Part shown: piece after piece, positions 46,726-62,189 of the stretch
Layout: every line of letters starts with the position of its first letter
How positions within the stretch are numbered: position 1 is the first letter of the stretch
Assembly (NCBI GenBank): GCA_964016885.1
Contig: OZ024751.1
Location: forward strand, 20,026,001-20,090,000
Direction: 5' to 3'
DNA: 64,000 bases
DNA from: Eledone cirrhosa
Lineage: Eukaryota
Notes under the pieces: generated by a model
The model's input: only the letters and a program-made list of their open reading frames with translations
Database searches by the model: none
What the model was told of the DNA's origin: nothing
Translations under genes and position numbers: made by a program

Positions 46726-46807
46726 CATAATTGCAAACGAATCGAATAATTAATAGTCGAAAAACTCAGATTACATTTATTGTATTCAGCCTTGTAGAGC
46801 GAAATTT

Positions 46808-46909
<102 letters not shown>

Positions 46910-46910
46910 T

Positions 46911-46966
<56 letters not shown>

Positions 46967-47948
46967 ATGGGGGCAGACTCTCAGTTTTAATTTTTAGTCT
47001 CGAACTTTTTATTTGACTGTTTGCACAACGAGTTCAAATCTCGCCGGGGTCCATTATGTTTTTTATCCTTTCGGGGGTCTTTAAATAAATAAATAAATAA
47101 ATAAACAGACCAACCCAACTACTCTTTCCTCGATGTTCTGCTAGAACAAGGAAGAGAGGAGGGTCGGAGATGGTATCTGTCTGCTCGCCGCCATTGCATT
47201 TACACGGGATACCATAAACTATGTGTGTAAGTGGTGTATATACTACCAAGTCATACTCGATTCTGAAAGACAGACGTAGGTTTTAAACTTTAAATTTTTA
47301 TACAGGTGCTTGATAGAGAAAGAAAGAAAGAAAGAAAGACAGACAGACAGAAAGAAAGAGTGAATGAATGAAAAGAAGATTAAAGTTAATAAATAAATAA
47401 AAATATAGACAAAAGATAAACAAGTAAGGAATAAAGAAATGAAAGAAAATTAGGAAGGAAGAATGCAAATAAGATAAAAAGAAAGAGGAAAGAGACGAAA
47501 GAAAGGAATTAAGAAAGAAAGAAAAAAGAAAGAAAGAAAGAAAGAAGAAAGAAAAAAAGAAAGAAAAGAACGAAAGAAAGAAAAGAAGAGGAGAGAAAAA
47601 TAAAATTGATAATTTCGTTGTGGAAGTAGTTCACAAGTGATCATTGGCACTTCCGCTCGACTAAATCAGAGGATAACTGTGATAAAAGTTAACTAAGCGA
47701 CCTTTTTACAATCAGTATTGTGAGTACAGTCTGAAGACTTATCTCTTGAGCTGATTTCCTTTACTATATAACTTCACTCACACACACACACACACACAGA
47801 CATATATATATATGCACACATATGAAAATATGTAATATATATAAAAAAATGTAATATATATACGTTTCTATAATTGCATATGTATTTATTATATGTATGT
47901 ACATACATGTGTATATATATATATATATATTATATATATATACATACA

Positions 47949-48110
47949 TGGCTGTGCGGTTAAAGAGTTCCTTTCGCAACCATGTGTTTCTGAGTTCTGC
48001 TCTGCTCAGCTGTAAAGAACGTCATCTTGGGTAAGTGTTCTTTACTATAGCCTTAGGTTGAGCAATGCCTTGTCAGTGAAACTGGCTAAACGGAAGTTCA
48101 TGATACCTGC
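47949..48110 (+). mobile_element. Decayed tRNA-derived SINE (third family)
   Basis: GGCTGTGCGGTTAAAGAG..GAGTTC..CTTGGGTAAGTG..ACTATAGCC. Confidence 0.5.
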
Positions 48111-48228
48111 TGCATATATATATATATGCAAAAGTAAATATTTTTATAACTGATATAAAGCACTCGACAAATTTTTGGAGTAGATATACGATATTAATAA
48201 ATGGAAACTATATTTATAAAACCATATT

Positions 48229-48293
48229 TATTTCATTATACATATTTCAGGGATACCACATTAAATTATGGTATGCCTTCATCAGACAAAATA
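48229..48293 (-). ncRNA. Hammerhead ribozyme, family C
   Basis: Mirror of 48428-48492. Confidence 0.75.
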
Positions 48294-48427
48294 CAATATA
48301 TAACAGTTTTACAAATAGGTTTGACGTACCCTTCAAAATACAACAATTACTATCCAGACAGCCTCCAAAAGTAATGGTTGTATTTTAAAGGGTACGTCAA
48401 ACCTATTTGTAAAACTGTTATATATTG

Positions 48428-48492
48428 TATTTTGTCTGATGAAGGCATACCATAATTTAATGTGGTATCCCTGAAATATGTATAATGAAATA
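48428..48492 (+). ncRNA. Hammerhead ribozyme, family C
   Basis: TATTTTGT-CTGATGA-AGGCATACCATAATTTAATGTGGTATCCCT-GAAATATGTATA^ATGAAATA. Confidence 0.75.
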
Positions 48493-48932
48493 AATATGGT
48501 TTTATAAATATAGTTTCCATTTATTAATATCGTATATATATATATTTATATATATATATTTATATATATATATTTAATACATTAACAGAGAAAGCTTTTA
48601 GCGATACTCTGACCAATTCCATCCTACTCAACAAACATTAGGATATACCTGAGTATAATCCCTATTGTGTGTTTGGGGTACTAACTATATAGTATTCCGT
48701 GGATAGCTGGTTGTATTATTTTATATGAGACCTAATTAAATAAATCTCTCTTTCTTTCCATACGATCGTTTCATTATAAGATGGGAAAAATAATGTCCAA
48801 GTTATGCAGAAGCTTGTATATAATCCATAGATATACACACAAGTGGACCCTTATAACTCATCAGTAGATGCCCAGGCAATATCAATATAACAAACTACAT
48901 ATATATATATATAATCATAAGTTTGAAGAATA

Positions 48933-49170
48933 ATCAGACAAAATTTATCCAATTTTTTCTTCTTAGTCCGTAGAAATCATCTGGACAAATAATCATTTAA
49001 ACGGAGCTAAGTTTAAAATGTTACTTTGAAGAGATAACAGATAATTACCGATATTCCTCTATGAGGAACAGTCAGATAAAATTTACCTAGTCTTTCCTTT
49101 TAGCCCGTAGAAATTAATTGGACGAAAATCAATTAAACGGAGCTAAGTCTAAAATGTAAGTTTGAAGAAA
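48933..49170 (+). repeat. Diverged tandem duplication, about 138 bp period
   Basis: TCAGAYAAAATTTA..CCGTAGAAAT..TAAACGGAGCTAAGT occurs twice. Confidence 0.75.
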
Positions 49171-49257
49171 AAATCTCTCTATATATATAAGCAAAACGGA
49201 AACAAAACTGTAATGAAGAAATGTATTAGTTTCACACTGGGTTTAGTCGGGAAAAAG

Positions 49258-49293
49258 TCTTTATATTTCGGACACTAGTCTTTCTTCAGAAGA
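49258..49293 (-). ncRNA. Ultra-minimal hammerhead (family A)
   Basis: TCTT-CTGAAGA-AAGAC-TAGT-GTCC-GAAATATA^AAGA. Confidence 0.65.
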
Positions 49294-49457
49294 TAGAATG
49301 AGAAATACAAGACGAAATAGAAAGATAGAGAATGAGAAGAGGAAGGAAAAGAAAAAAACGCGTGAGTATTCAGATATATATTGACAACAGATATAAACTA
49401 TGCAAACACTGGAAAATATATGTGTATGTAATTAAATGTATGACATTTAAGTCGTAC

Positions 49458-49513
49458 AATACGCTCCGAAGAGACCCAGTAAGGCATGGTGACGAAAACA
49501 CACAGTAAGTATT
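49458..49513 (+). ncRNA. Degenerate hammerhead (CCGAAGA)
   Basis: AATACGCT-CCGAAGA-GACC..GGTGAC-GAAAACACACAGTA^AGTATT. Confidence 0.45.
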
Positions 49514-50501
49514 GGTTTCAGTGTCTTCCATACCGTCTACTCATGGTGGTTAATGCCAGCCAATATTTTCCTCTCTATGAATGAGAATCTTGTCAGTTGA
49601 CTCATCGTATACACAGGAGAAACTCCAGAGTATCAAGATTCATCAGTTAACCATATTAAAGAATACTTCTCCTTTTGTGCATACTTTCTCTTCTAGGCTT
49701 TGTTCCATCTCTTTTTTTTTCAGTTGCAGCTTATGGGTTTGTAGCAATTTGTAAATAGTCGAAAGACCAATTGTTTTGTCTTCTGTCCTATGTGTATAGG
49801 AGCTAGTAATATCGATCTTAATAAACCGAAATCACAAGGGCTTCTAGAGGTTGACTGAAGAGAAGGGACTATCCTGTGTTTCATCCGTTTCGTAGAGGAG
49901 GTAGTAGTAGTGGTAGCTATGGAGACTCGCAATGGTGGTGGTTCCTATGGTGGTGGCGGTGGTTGTGGTGGTAGCAGTGGTGGTGGTGGTGGTGGTGGTG
50001 GTGATAGTGTTAGAGTTGTTGGTGGTGGTTGTGGTGGTAGTGTTAGAGGTGGTAGTGTTAGAGGTGGTGGTGGTGGTGGTGGTGGTGGTGGTGGTAATGT
50101 TGATGGTAATGGTGCTGGTGGGGGGTAGTGGTGTTGGTGGTACTGTTGATGGTAATGTTGGTGGTGGTAGCATAGTAGTAATGACGGTGGTGGTGGTGGT
50201 GGTGGTGGCTCCGATCCTACAACTTTCACGCATGGCTACTTCAAAATGTCCGCTTTCATTTCGCTTTTCTTCTTATTTATCTTGCAGTAGCGAGGGCGGA
50301 AGAAGCATCTATTTATCTATTTTTCTTATTTTATTTTCCTTAAAGCACACACACCCTGAAAGCATACTCCTGAGACATGCTCCGAATACCCAAGATATTT
50401 GTTGTTTCCTATATAACATACACACACACAGGCACACACACAAATACACAAACACACTTATATACATATGTGCGTGTATGTGTGTATGTATGCGTGTATG
50501 T

Positions 50502-50544
<43 letters not shown>

Positions 50545-50546
50545 TA

Positions 50547-50642
50547 CGTTATTCCGGGTTGAATCGGAGGTAACCACAGTAATTCCTGATGATTTCTAAT
50601 GAATGAAACAGTTCTAGTCCTGTAGAATCTCATCTATATTAA

Positions 50643-50646
<4 letters not shown>
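50547..50646. mobile_element. Family P copy 3 (one arm deleted), HHR on + at 50582-50629
   Basis: Tail end joined to ATTC-CTGATGA...GAAACAG..CTGTA^GAAT. Confidence 0.8.
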
Positions 50647-50721
<75 letters not shown>

Positions 50722-50944
50722 CACACACAAATATATATATATATGAGTGTATAATATACATATATATATATGTGTGGTGTGTGGTGTGTGTATATAATAT
50801 ATATATATATATATATATGTATGTATAATATATATATGCACATATATTTATATGTGTATGTAGATATATATACACATATGAATACAAACATATACATATA
50901 TATATATATATACTCAGACATATAAACATATATATATATATATA

Positions 50945-50977
<33 letters not shown>

Positions 50978-51453
50978 TCTCTTAACATCCGCTGTACTCT
51001 ACATTCCAGAGATGATTTGCGATCAACAAACATCGTCTGTTTTTAATGACAACACAATGATCTTCGCTATGTCCCGTTTGTGCATTACTTAAATATATAC
51101 CACTCAACTAGGACACTCCCTTCTCATTCCACCCCTCTTATTGCCTCTTTCCTTCTGTCTGTCTGTCTGTCTTTTAACTCTGTACCCTCCCCCCCCTCTT
51201 TTTCTCAGTTACACACAAACACGTGCACACACACACACACATATAATGGGTAAGAAAGAACTCAATGTATGTAATGGAGTTGTCTTTATTGGAAGTTAAA
51301 GTACAATATATATGTATATATATATAATGTATATATACATAGACATATATATATATATATGTGTATATATATATGTGTATATATATGAATATATATATAT
51401 GTATATATACATATATATATGTATATATACATATATATATGTGTATATCTGGT

Positions 51454-52071
51454 GTCAGGTCACCAGTTGGTGCTACTGGTAACATGTATCCCAGTACAAC
51501 CTGTCTCATGGTCGGGTCGTTGGTGACTAAACTGGCAACTCCACCAAGATTTCTTGGTGAGGAGAGTGACTTTGGACATCCTGCAGGACTAAAAACAAAA
51601 CCTGTCAAAGGGCAAAGGAACTCCTGGGAGCTCTTAAGAGCTCTTGGAGTCAATGGCCATCCAAAACCAGCACGGCCCGCCGAAAGGCGCTGCAGTGCCG
51701 GAAAAGTCAACTTCCTGCTACTAGTATCCTGGTAAGCTAGTACAACGTATCTCCAGACGGATAGAGTGGGTCCGTAGCTTTGGTTAGCGACTACTCTAGT
51801 GCTTGCAACACGAACAATTAGGGCGAGGGTATAAATGCCAGGTTGGTATCTGGCGCCGGGTAACCCACCACACGGGGGAGAAAGCACCTTCCTCAAGACT
51901 TGGCTGTCAAATTCTTTCACATGTGTGTAGTAGTGGCGCCCACACACATTATTAGCGATTTGAAAAGATGATGGATTTCGCAACCAACTGCACCAGGGTT
52001 CCTGAATTCTGGGGCATGAGAGTGAGATCCGTCATCTCGACAGTAGTCGACGAATGAATGAATGAATGAAT
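51454..52071 (+). mobile_element. Non-autonomous RTE-like element family G with (AATG)n tail
   Basis: GC-richer 600-bp island; 5' end shared with the 16330 copy; short tandem-repeat tail. Confidence 0.6.
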
Positions 52072-52297
52072 GTGTATATATAATGTATATATAATGTATA
52101 TATAATGTACATATATATGTATATATGTGTATATATATGTATATATATACATGTATAACCCGCCATAGAACCACATTGGCATACGGTTGGATAATACTTG
52201 TTTCCCTATATGTATTTTTTACACGTAGGAATTCATACTTTACTGGGTAATTGCTGGCCTTGTGCCTAAAGTAGAAACAATTATTATATATATATAA

Positions 52298-52488
52298 CAG
52301 GGCGGTGGATTGGCAGTATCGGTAGGGGGTCGGACGCCATGCTTTCTAGCATAGTTACGTCCCTTTACGATCTGAGTTCAAATCCCGCCGAGGTTGACTT
52401 TGCCTTTCATCCTTACGGGGTCGATAAAATAAATTACCAGTAATGCACTGGGCAATTGTTGGCCTTGTGCCTAAAGTAGAAACAATTA
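52298..52488 (+). mobile_element. SINE family 1
   Basis: Nearly identical to the 2908 copy; an extra tail copy lies at 52242-52283. Confidence 0.9.
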
Positions 52489-52569
52489 TATATCCGGGAG
52501 CTTCCAACAGACATGGTCGCATTCTTTTAAGGGTATGTCAATATTTGTTAATAAAACTGATCTATATTA

Positions 52570-52634
52570 TATTTTATCTGATGAAAGCGCACCATAATTT
52601 GCTTTGGTGTCCTTGAAATATGCATAATGAAATA
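52570..52634 (+). ncRNA. Hammerhead ribozyme, family C
   Basis: TATTTTAT-CTGATGA-AAGCGCACCA..TGGTGTCCTT-GAAATATGCATA^ATGAAATA. Confidence 0.75.
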
Positions 52635-52674
52635 AATATGCTTTTATAAATATAGTTTCCATTTATTAATATAT

Positions 52675-52709
<35 letters not shown>

Positions 52710-52710
52710 G

Positions 52711-52751
<41 letters not shown>

Positions 52752-52807
52752 GTATATATATGTGTGTGTGTCTATATATACACACACACATATATACACA
52801 TTATACA

Positions 52808-52839
<32 letters not shown>

Positions 52840-53166
52840 CACATATACACACACATACACATGTATATTCGACCGAGTACACACCACCTGGGCAATTGTG
52901 CTCTACTCTAAGCCCTGTGGAATTTCTCTGTCGAAGACAGATGTGAAGGAATCGGTACGGTGACCTCCCAAATACCTTGTGGTATTTTTATCCGCTTCAG
53001 TTCCTTCTACGTTAACTGTGTCTTTCTGTTGTGTTGATGGCGGTGATTCAAGAGGCACAAAATTGACTAGAAAATCTCTCTCAAGCAATTGACTGAAAGT
53101 AGCGTAATAAAATGAACATCCCCTTCTCTCTTTCTGTGTATATATATTTGTATATATGTGTGTGTG

Positions 53167-53197
<31 letters not shown>

Positions 53198-53675
53198 ATG
53201 TATATATATATGTGTGTGTGCATGTGTGTATCTGCATATATGTGTGTGTATATGTGTATATATATGTGTATATATATGTGTGTGTATATGTGTATATAAA
53301 TATATATATATATGTGTGTATGTGTGTGTATTTGCATATATATGTGTATATATATGTGTATATATATCTGTGTGTATATGTGTATATATATATGTGTGTG
53401 TGTGTGTATGTGCATATATATGTGTGTGTATATGTGTATATATATGTGTATATATATGTGTGTATATGTGTATATATATATGTGTGTGTGTGTGTGTGCA
53501 TATATGTGTGTGTGTGTGTGTACATATGTATATATATATATATGTGTGTATGTGTATATATATGTGTGTATATATGTGTATATATATGTGTATATATATG
53601 TGTGTGTGTGTACATGTGTATATATGTGTATGTGTACATATGTATATATATGTGTGTGTGTATGTGTTGCGTGTG

Positions 53676-53848
53676 TCGATTCCCGAGTTGTATCGTAAGG
53701 CCAACCACAGTTAGAAAAGGTACTCAATTCATTGGTATATTTTAGGCCTATTTTTATATAAAGAGAAATGACTTCTACAGGATTAGAACCGTTTCATTCG
53801 TATGAAATTATCATATGAATGAAACAGTTCTATTTCTGTAGAAGTCAT
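53676..53848. mobile_element. Diverged family P fold-back
   Basis: TTCTACAGGATTAGAACCGTTTCATTC / GAATGAAACAGTTCTATTTCTGTAGAA; tail with GGTACTCAAT. Confidence 0.7.
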
Positions 53849-53870
53849 ATATATATATATATATATATAT

Positions 53871-53982
53871 GCAAAAGTTCTATTTAAATTGTTGGGATAC
53901 AACAAGCAAATATTATTATAACTGATATAAAGCACTCGACAAATATTTGGAGTAGATATACAATATTAATAAATGGAAACTA

Positions 53983-53990
<8 letters not shown>
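53871..53990 (-). mobile_element. Family C tail only
   Basis: Matches 17974-18093. Confidence 0.75.
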
Positions 53991-54043
<53 letters not shown>

Positions 54044-54049
<6 letters not shown>

Positions 54050-54285
54050 GTCAGGACCCGACGGGGTGTTTTGATTGCATGCCCATATATAGACTGTAGC
54101 CCTTGATAAGTTCAGCAAGGTCCCTGCCGTCCTAATACTACTCTTTTAGTTCAGATATAGTTGTCGAAACGGCTGGAGCTCAGCCGTCGGGGTCCTGACT
54201 CTTTTCTTATTACCCACTCTACTACCCTTAGTATTGAGTACTCTGGTGCGTTATGGTCCAACTCGTATCTTACCACACCCTCTTA
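54044..54285 (+). mobile_element. Diverged family B element with short inverted 5' arm
   Basis: GCCC-TTGATAA..GTC-GAAACGGCTGGAGCTCAGCCGTC^GGGGTC; tail with GTATTGAGTAC. Confidence 0.7.
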
Positions 54286-54315
54286 TACATACATACATAC
54301 ATACATACATACATA

Positions 54316-54727
54316 CATGGTGGCTGCCAACTCGTTTTCGAGTACGGCCACTACTTTATATCCATGTAGGAGAACCCCTACTGATGCGCTGAACGAGTGT
54401 GACTTTTTAGTCCAGCCAGCGACTTGAAAGCTCTGGTACAAACACTACACTTGTGACAATTATTGACACATAGTGCTGGGCCCATGGTACCATGTGACGA
54501 CAAATGCAGAGAGATCTCCAGATATAAAGCAATGCCTGTGCCGTGAAGCTTTTATAGTGAGCAAAGGCACTGCACAAAGCCAGTCCCACTCTCTTAACCA
54601 AGATGATATTTACCAAAAAGAAGAACAAGTCAACATCATTGGATACCATCAGGGTTGCAGGTGTTATATCAGAGTTTTCCTTCTCCTAGAATTCTGCCTT
54701 GACAAAGGCTAAGGGGTCATCTCTCCC
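54316..54727 (-). mobile_element. Family F element
   Basis: Near identical to 15749-16160; (TACA)n flanks. Confidence 0.8.
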
Positions 54728-54757
54728 GACATACATACATACATACATACATACATA

Positions 54758-55169
54758 CATGGTGGCTGCCAACTCGTTTTCGAGTACGGCCACTACTTTA
54801 TATCCATGTAGGAGAACCCCTACCGATGCGCTGAACGGGTGTGAATTTTTAGTCCAGCCAGCGACTTGAAAACTCTGGTACAAACACTACACTTGTGACA
54901 ATTATTGACACATAGTGCTTTGCCTTTGGTACCATGTAACGACAAGTGCAGAGAGATCTCCAGATATAAAGCAATGCCTGTGCCGTGAAGCTTTTATAGT
55001 GAGCAAAGGCACTGCACAAAGCCAGTCCCACTCTCTTAACCAAGATGATATTTACCAAAAAGAAGAACAAGTCAACATCATTGGATACCATCAGGGTTGC
55101 AGGTGTTATATCAGAGTTTTCCTTCTCCTAGAATTCTGCCTTGACAAAGGCTAAGGGGTCATCTCTCCC
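54758..55169 (-). mobile_element. Family F element (tandem copy)
   Basis: Near identical to 15749-16160; (TACA)n flanks. Confidence 0.8.
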
Positions 55170-55222
55170 ATACATACATACATACATACATACATACATA
55201 CATACATACATACATACATACA

Positions 55223-55254
<32 letters not shown>

Positions 55255-55289
55255 CATACACACACATATCCACACATATATATGTGTGA

Positions 55290-55570
55290 CATCATGTGTT
55301 CAATTTTTAAGCAAGGTGACGCTTTGTATCTTTGAGCAAGACAATTTATTTCACGTTGCACTAATCCATTCAGCCGGCAAAAATGACTGTACCAGTAATT
55401 TCGTCAGCCAACTCTGTCACACATTCTGTTATGTTGACTCTTCCTGATAAATACGTTACTGGTACACATTTTTCTGGAATGCTCGGCCACTTAAACGTTA
55501 AGTTTACGAGCAAGTTATTCCGTTATTCGAACAACTAGAATATTCGTCGTGGATAACGATGGAGGTCCAC
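55290..55570 (+). mobile_element. Decayed SINE related to family 2
   Basis: TTGAGCAAGACAATTTATTTCACGTTGC core with a different tail. Confidence 0.5.
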
Positions 55571-56222
55571 CATGCTCGTCTTTATGCTTCCATTTTTTCT
55601 ATTTGCCAATGGCGGCCATGATAGTAAACATTCGTTAATTGAATGAAATTGTATTGTCATCAATATTTTAACGAAAATATTGGACTCTGTTGAGAGTTCT
55701 ATTGTTGTTGATGTTGTTGTTGTTGTTGTTCGTGGTGGTGGTTTGGTGGTGGCGGTGTTGGTGGTGGTGTTGCTGGTGTTGTTGGTGGTGGTGGTGCTGG
55801 TGTTGGGGGTGGTGGTGGTGGCGGTGTTTTTGCTGTTGTCATTATTGTTGTTGTTGGAAGCGGTGTAGTTAGTGGTATGGTATTGTTGTTGGTGGTAAGT
55901 GGTGGTGGTGGTGGTGGTGGTGGATGTTGGTGATGTCTCTGATGGTGATGGATGATGGTGGTGGTGGTTTTGGTGACGGAATAGGTGCAGTGGTGGCGGT
56001 GGTAGTATTGGAAACGGTACTGGTAATGTTGTTGGTGATGATGATGATGATGTTGGAGACGATACATACTTGAAGTGTAAAGGGAAGGGGGTAGATATAA
56101 AAATAAACAACCAATTCTTTGCATAAATATATATGTATGTATTTATGCATATATATAAGCATTTATATACATATATATATACATATAATCATTTTTATAC
56201 ACACACAAACACATATTTATAT

Positions 56223-56284
<62 letters not shown>

Positions 56285-56301
56285 TATATACATTTATATA
56301 C

Positions 56302-56409
<108 letters not shown>

Positions 56410-56661
56410 TTATATACATATATACATATACATACATTTATACATAACATAAAAAAAACACGTCTTGTAAAGCGAGAAAATGAGTAAAGTATGCAAAATT
56501 ATTGGTTTTAATGCATTTTGCAGAATTTCTTACAATCAGCTTCTTGTATTTATCGTAAGACTTTCAAAGACATAAAGAATTCGCCATGAAAAGCAAGAAA
56601 CTTGATATACGCTAACATTTTCTAAAGTATCCTCAAATAATTTCCATATTTTAGTTGAGTT

Positions 56662-56700
<39 letters not shown>

Positions 56701-56795
56701 TTATGTGTGTATGTATGTATAAATATATATATGATATGATATATATATATATATGCATATATATACATATATATATATACGTGTGTGAGTGTATG

Positions 56796-56826
<31 letters not shown>

Positions 56827-56870
56827 CAAACATATCAACATGTACATATACACATACACACACACATGTG

Positions 56871-57007
<137 letters not shown>

Positions 57008-57084
57008 CTGAGAGATGCAGATAAGTAATTATACGAAATTAATGCGTAGATGCAACAGTTAAAGTAACATCAAACGTAAATAAA

Positions 57085-57117
<33 letters not shown>

Positions 57118-57339
57118 TGTATGTATGTATGTATGTATGTATGTTTGTATGTATGTATGTATGTATGTATGTATGTATGTATGTATGTATAAATGTATAT
57201 ATGTTTTCCTATACGTATACCCACACATGTCTGCTCATATCTATACATACATATGCATGTTTACATATATGTTTATATGTAAATATTGGTGCATCAGCAT
57301 AGACACGAAAATATTTCATCCAACCATATATATGTATGC

Positions 57340-57374
<35 letters not shown>

Positions 57375-57393
57375 TATATATATATATACATAC

Positions 57394-57545
<152 letters not shown>

Positions 57546-57548
57546 ATG

Positions 57549-57928
<380 letters not shown>

Positions 57929-57993
57929 ATTGAAAAAGTGGAGAATAACATGGTCAACAGTACAAATATATATTTATATTTATATCCATATAT

Positions 57994-58037
<44 letters not shown>

Positions 58038-58354
58038 GTAAACCTGCTTATATATATAGATTTTATTGTTTCTTAGTTATCATCATCACCGTCATCATCA
58101 TCATCATCATCATCACCATCATCACCGCCGTCGTCACCATCACCACCACCATCAACATCATCACCATCATCATCATCATCATCATCACCGCCGTCGTCAC
58201 CATCACCACCACCATCAACATCATCACCATCAATATATATAACTAAACTAATGCACACAGTCTGTGACAGTAATCTTTTCAATTTAATTTTTTTTTTTAA
58301 ACTCATTTCAAATCTCCACAACCTCCCTCCCTTTCTCTATATTGATATACATAC

Positions 58355-58389
<35 letters not shown>

Positions 58390-58397
58390 TATATACG

Positions 58398-58430
<33 letters not shown>

Positions 58431-58573
58431 GTATATATATATATACATACGTATATATATATATATATACATACGTATATATATATATATATACATATAT
58501 ACGTATATATATGTATATATATACGTATATATATATATATATATATACATATATACGTATATATATATATGCA

Positions 58574-58638
<65 letters not shown>

Positions 58639-58658
58639 TACGTATATATATATATGCA

Positions 58659-58704
<46 letters not shown>

Positions 58705-59760
58705 TATATATTCACTATATATAGATGCACTCTATATATACATGTTCATATATATACTGTATATGCACTATAAATGTACATTATATATAAATATATTATA
58801 TGCACTATATATATATACATATATATATATTATATATGCACTATATATATGTACATATATTCATATATACCTATATATATTATATATGCACTATATATAC
58901 ATATATACCTATATATGCACTATATATATAAGTAAATATATTTATATATCATATATGCACTATATATATATATATGTATATATATTTATATATCATATAT
59001 GCACTATATATTTATATATATATATATGTACGTAATTGTGTGTCTATTTGTGTGTGTGTCTATGTGTGTGTGAACGTGTGTGTTGGTATATAGTTTAAGA
59101 TACAGTAGTGTTTCAAAAATACAAACATTAAGTGAATGAGTACTCAATATTGGTGGGTCGCATGCAGACACACACATATATACACATACAGATACACACA
59201 CACACACACACACATACAGATACATACACTCACACACATATGCATGTATATATACACATACAGATATACACCCACCCAAATACACACACACACACATATA
59301 TACACATACAGATATACACACACCCAAATATATACACAGACACACACATATATACACATACAGATTTACACACACCCAAATACACACACACACACAGATA
59401 TACACACACCCAAACACACACACACACAGATATACACACACACCCAAACACACACACACATATACACAGATATATACACACACACAGATATACATACATA
59501 CATGAACAAACACAAATACATCATTCTGTTATTTGTTTTTCTTTATTTCATCCACAACACTCACACATACTGACACACCCACACATAATGGCGTTCACAC
59601 ACATATATACACACTACTCTCCTGGGATATGAAATGTTATCAATTATTACACACACACACACACGCACACACACACAGACACACACACATAAACACATAC
59701 ATACACACATACATACAAGCACATATACATACAAATACAAACACACATATATACACACAC

Positions 59761-59801
<41 letters not shown>

Positions 59802-60018
59802 CACACACATATATATATATATATACACACATATATATATACACACACACATATTTATTTATTTACCCACACACACACACACATATATATATACATACAC
59901 ACATACACACATATTCACACACACACACACATACACACATACACACACACACATATATATATATACACACACACGCATACACATATATATATATACACAC
60001 ACACATATATATATACAT

Positions 60019-60067
<49 letters not shown>

Positions 60068-60072
<5 letters not shown>

Positions 60073-60635
60073 CCACATATATATACACCCACATATATAT
60101 AAACCCACACATATATATATATATATATATACACCCACATATATATACACCCACATATATATAATCCCACACATATATATATATATATATACACCCACAT
60201 ATATATAAACCCACACATATATATATATATACACCCACATATATATAAACCCACACATATATATATATATATATACACACCCACATATATATACACCCAC
60301 ATATATATAATCCCACACATATATATATATATATATACACCCACATATATATAGACCCACACACATATATATATATATATACACACCCACATATATATAC
60401 ACCCACACACATATATAAACCCACACATATATATATACACCCACATATATATACACCTACACACATATATAAACCCACACATATATATATATATACACCC
60501 ACATATATATATAAACCCACACATATATATATATATATACACCCACATATATATACACCCACACACATATATAAACCCACACATATATATATATATACAC
60601 CCACATATATATACACCCACACACACATATATACA
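60068..60635 (+). repeat. CACCCACA(TA)n minisatellite
   Basis: Direct read. Confidence 0.85.
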
Positions 60636-60774
60636 CCCTACTCTACTGAGATATGAAATGCTATCAGTTATTGCTAATTGCTCAACTTTTATCTCTTATC
60701 AAATTGTTGATCAGTTTTCTTTTTTATTTCTCTTCATTGAAATCAGACTTCATTTCTGCTGAGTTGGTTTGTAG

Positions 60775-61335
60775 ATGGTGGGGGTGGTGGTTGTGTGGTG
60801 GTGGTGGTGGTGGGGGTGGGGGTGGGGGTGTTGGTGGTGGTGGTGGTGGTGGTGGTGGTAGTGGTGATGGTGGTGTTAGTGGTGGTTGTGATGGGGGATG
60901 GTTCAGTAGTTGTCGTGGTAGTAGTGGTGATGGTGGTGGTGGTGGTGGTGGTGGTGGTGGTGGTAGTGTTGGTGGTGGTGGTTGTGATGGGGGATGGTTC
61001 AGTAGTTGTGGTGGTAGTAGTGGTGATGGTGGTAGTGGTGGTGGTGGTGTTGGTGGTGGTGGTGGTGGAGGTGGAGGTGGAGGTGGTAGTGTTGGTGGTG
61101 GTGGTGGTTGTGATGGGGGATGGTTCACTAGTTGTGGTGGTAGTGGTGGTAGTAGTGGTGGTGGTGGTTGTGGTGGTGGTGGTGGTGGTGGTGGTGGTGG
61201 TGATGTTGGTGGTGACTGTGGTGGTTATGACGGCAGTGACTGTGGCGGTGCTGGGGGAGGTAAATTCAGTGGTTATGATGGTAGTGGTGGTGGTGTTAGA
61301 GGTAGAGGTGGTGGTGGTGGTGGTGGTGGTAATGA
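60775..61335 (+). repeat. (GGT)n-derived repeat with 3 higher-order units
   Basis: GGTTGTGATGGGGGATGGTTCA occurs 3 times. Confidence 0.85.
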
Positions 61336-61565
61336 TGGTACTCGACGGCAATGATGATAGAGCAGTCGATAAGCGGGTACGTGAGGGTAGCTGGGTGACT
61401 GGTTAAGGTGTAGGGTGTTGAGGAAGTTATTAGAGATTACAACAGAACAAGATTGGTGGTCCAATATATAACAGGACCACCCAAAGAGAACAACACTGTT
61501 ATATTGTGTCATAAGTTCATATTATGTAACATACGAGCAAATATTTTGACTATGTTCATGTCAAC

Positions 61566-61604
<39 letters not shown>

Positions 61605-61640
61605 TGTATGTATGTAAAAGGCAAATAGAAATAACACTGA

Positions 61641-61691
<51 letters not shown>

Positions 61692-62189
61692 TATATATAT
61701 ATATATATGCATATACATATATATATATATGCATATACATATATATACATATACATATATATATGCATATATATATACACATATATATAAATATATATAC
61801 ATATATATACATATACATATATATACATATATATCTATATATATACATATATATACATATACATATATACACATATACATACACATACACATACACATAC
61901 ATATACATATATATATACATATACATACATATATATACATATATATACATATATATATATACATATACATACATATACATATATATACATATATATATAT
62001 AATTATACACATCTGTATGTATATATTTGTGTGCTTGTATGTATGTATGCGTGTGTGCGTGTGTGTGTTTACAAGCGATGTGTTTGCTCTCAGGAAGTTG
62101 TGAGCTCTATATATGCGAAAATCAAACAGAAAATAACACAGCAAAACGACACAGTATAATAGGTTAACGTCTGATATAGCAGAAAAAGT

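Larger units (their letters stand above)
48128..48536. mobile_element. Palindromic HHR element, family C
   Basis: Arms 48184-48351/48370-48536 plus tail. Confidence 0.85.

Noticed and set aside
49560-49635. NLVS*LIVYTGETP, C2H2 linker-like
   Set aside because: Stop codon, no Cys/His pattern, single instance
60653-61406. Gly-rich or mucin-like ORFs (also 49844-50233 and 55535-56162)
   Set aside because: (GGT)n low complexity with no exon evidence
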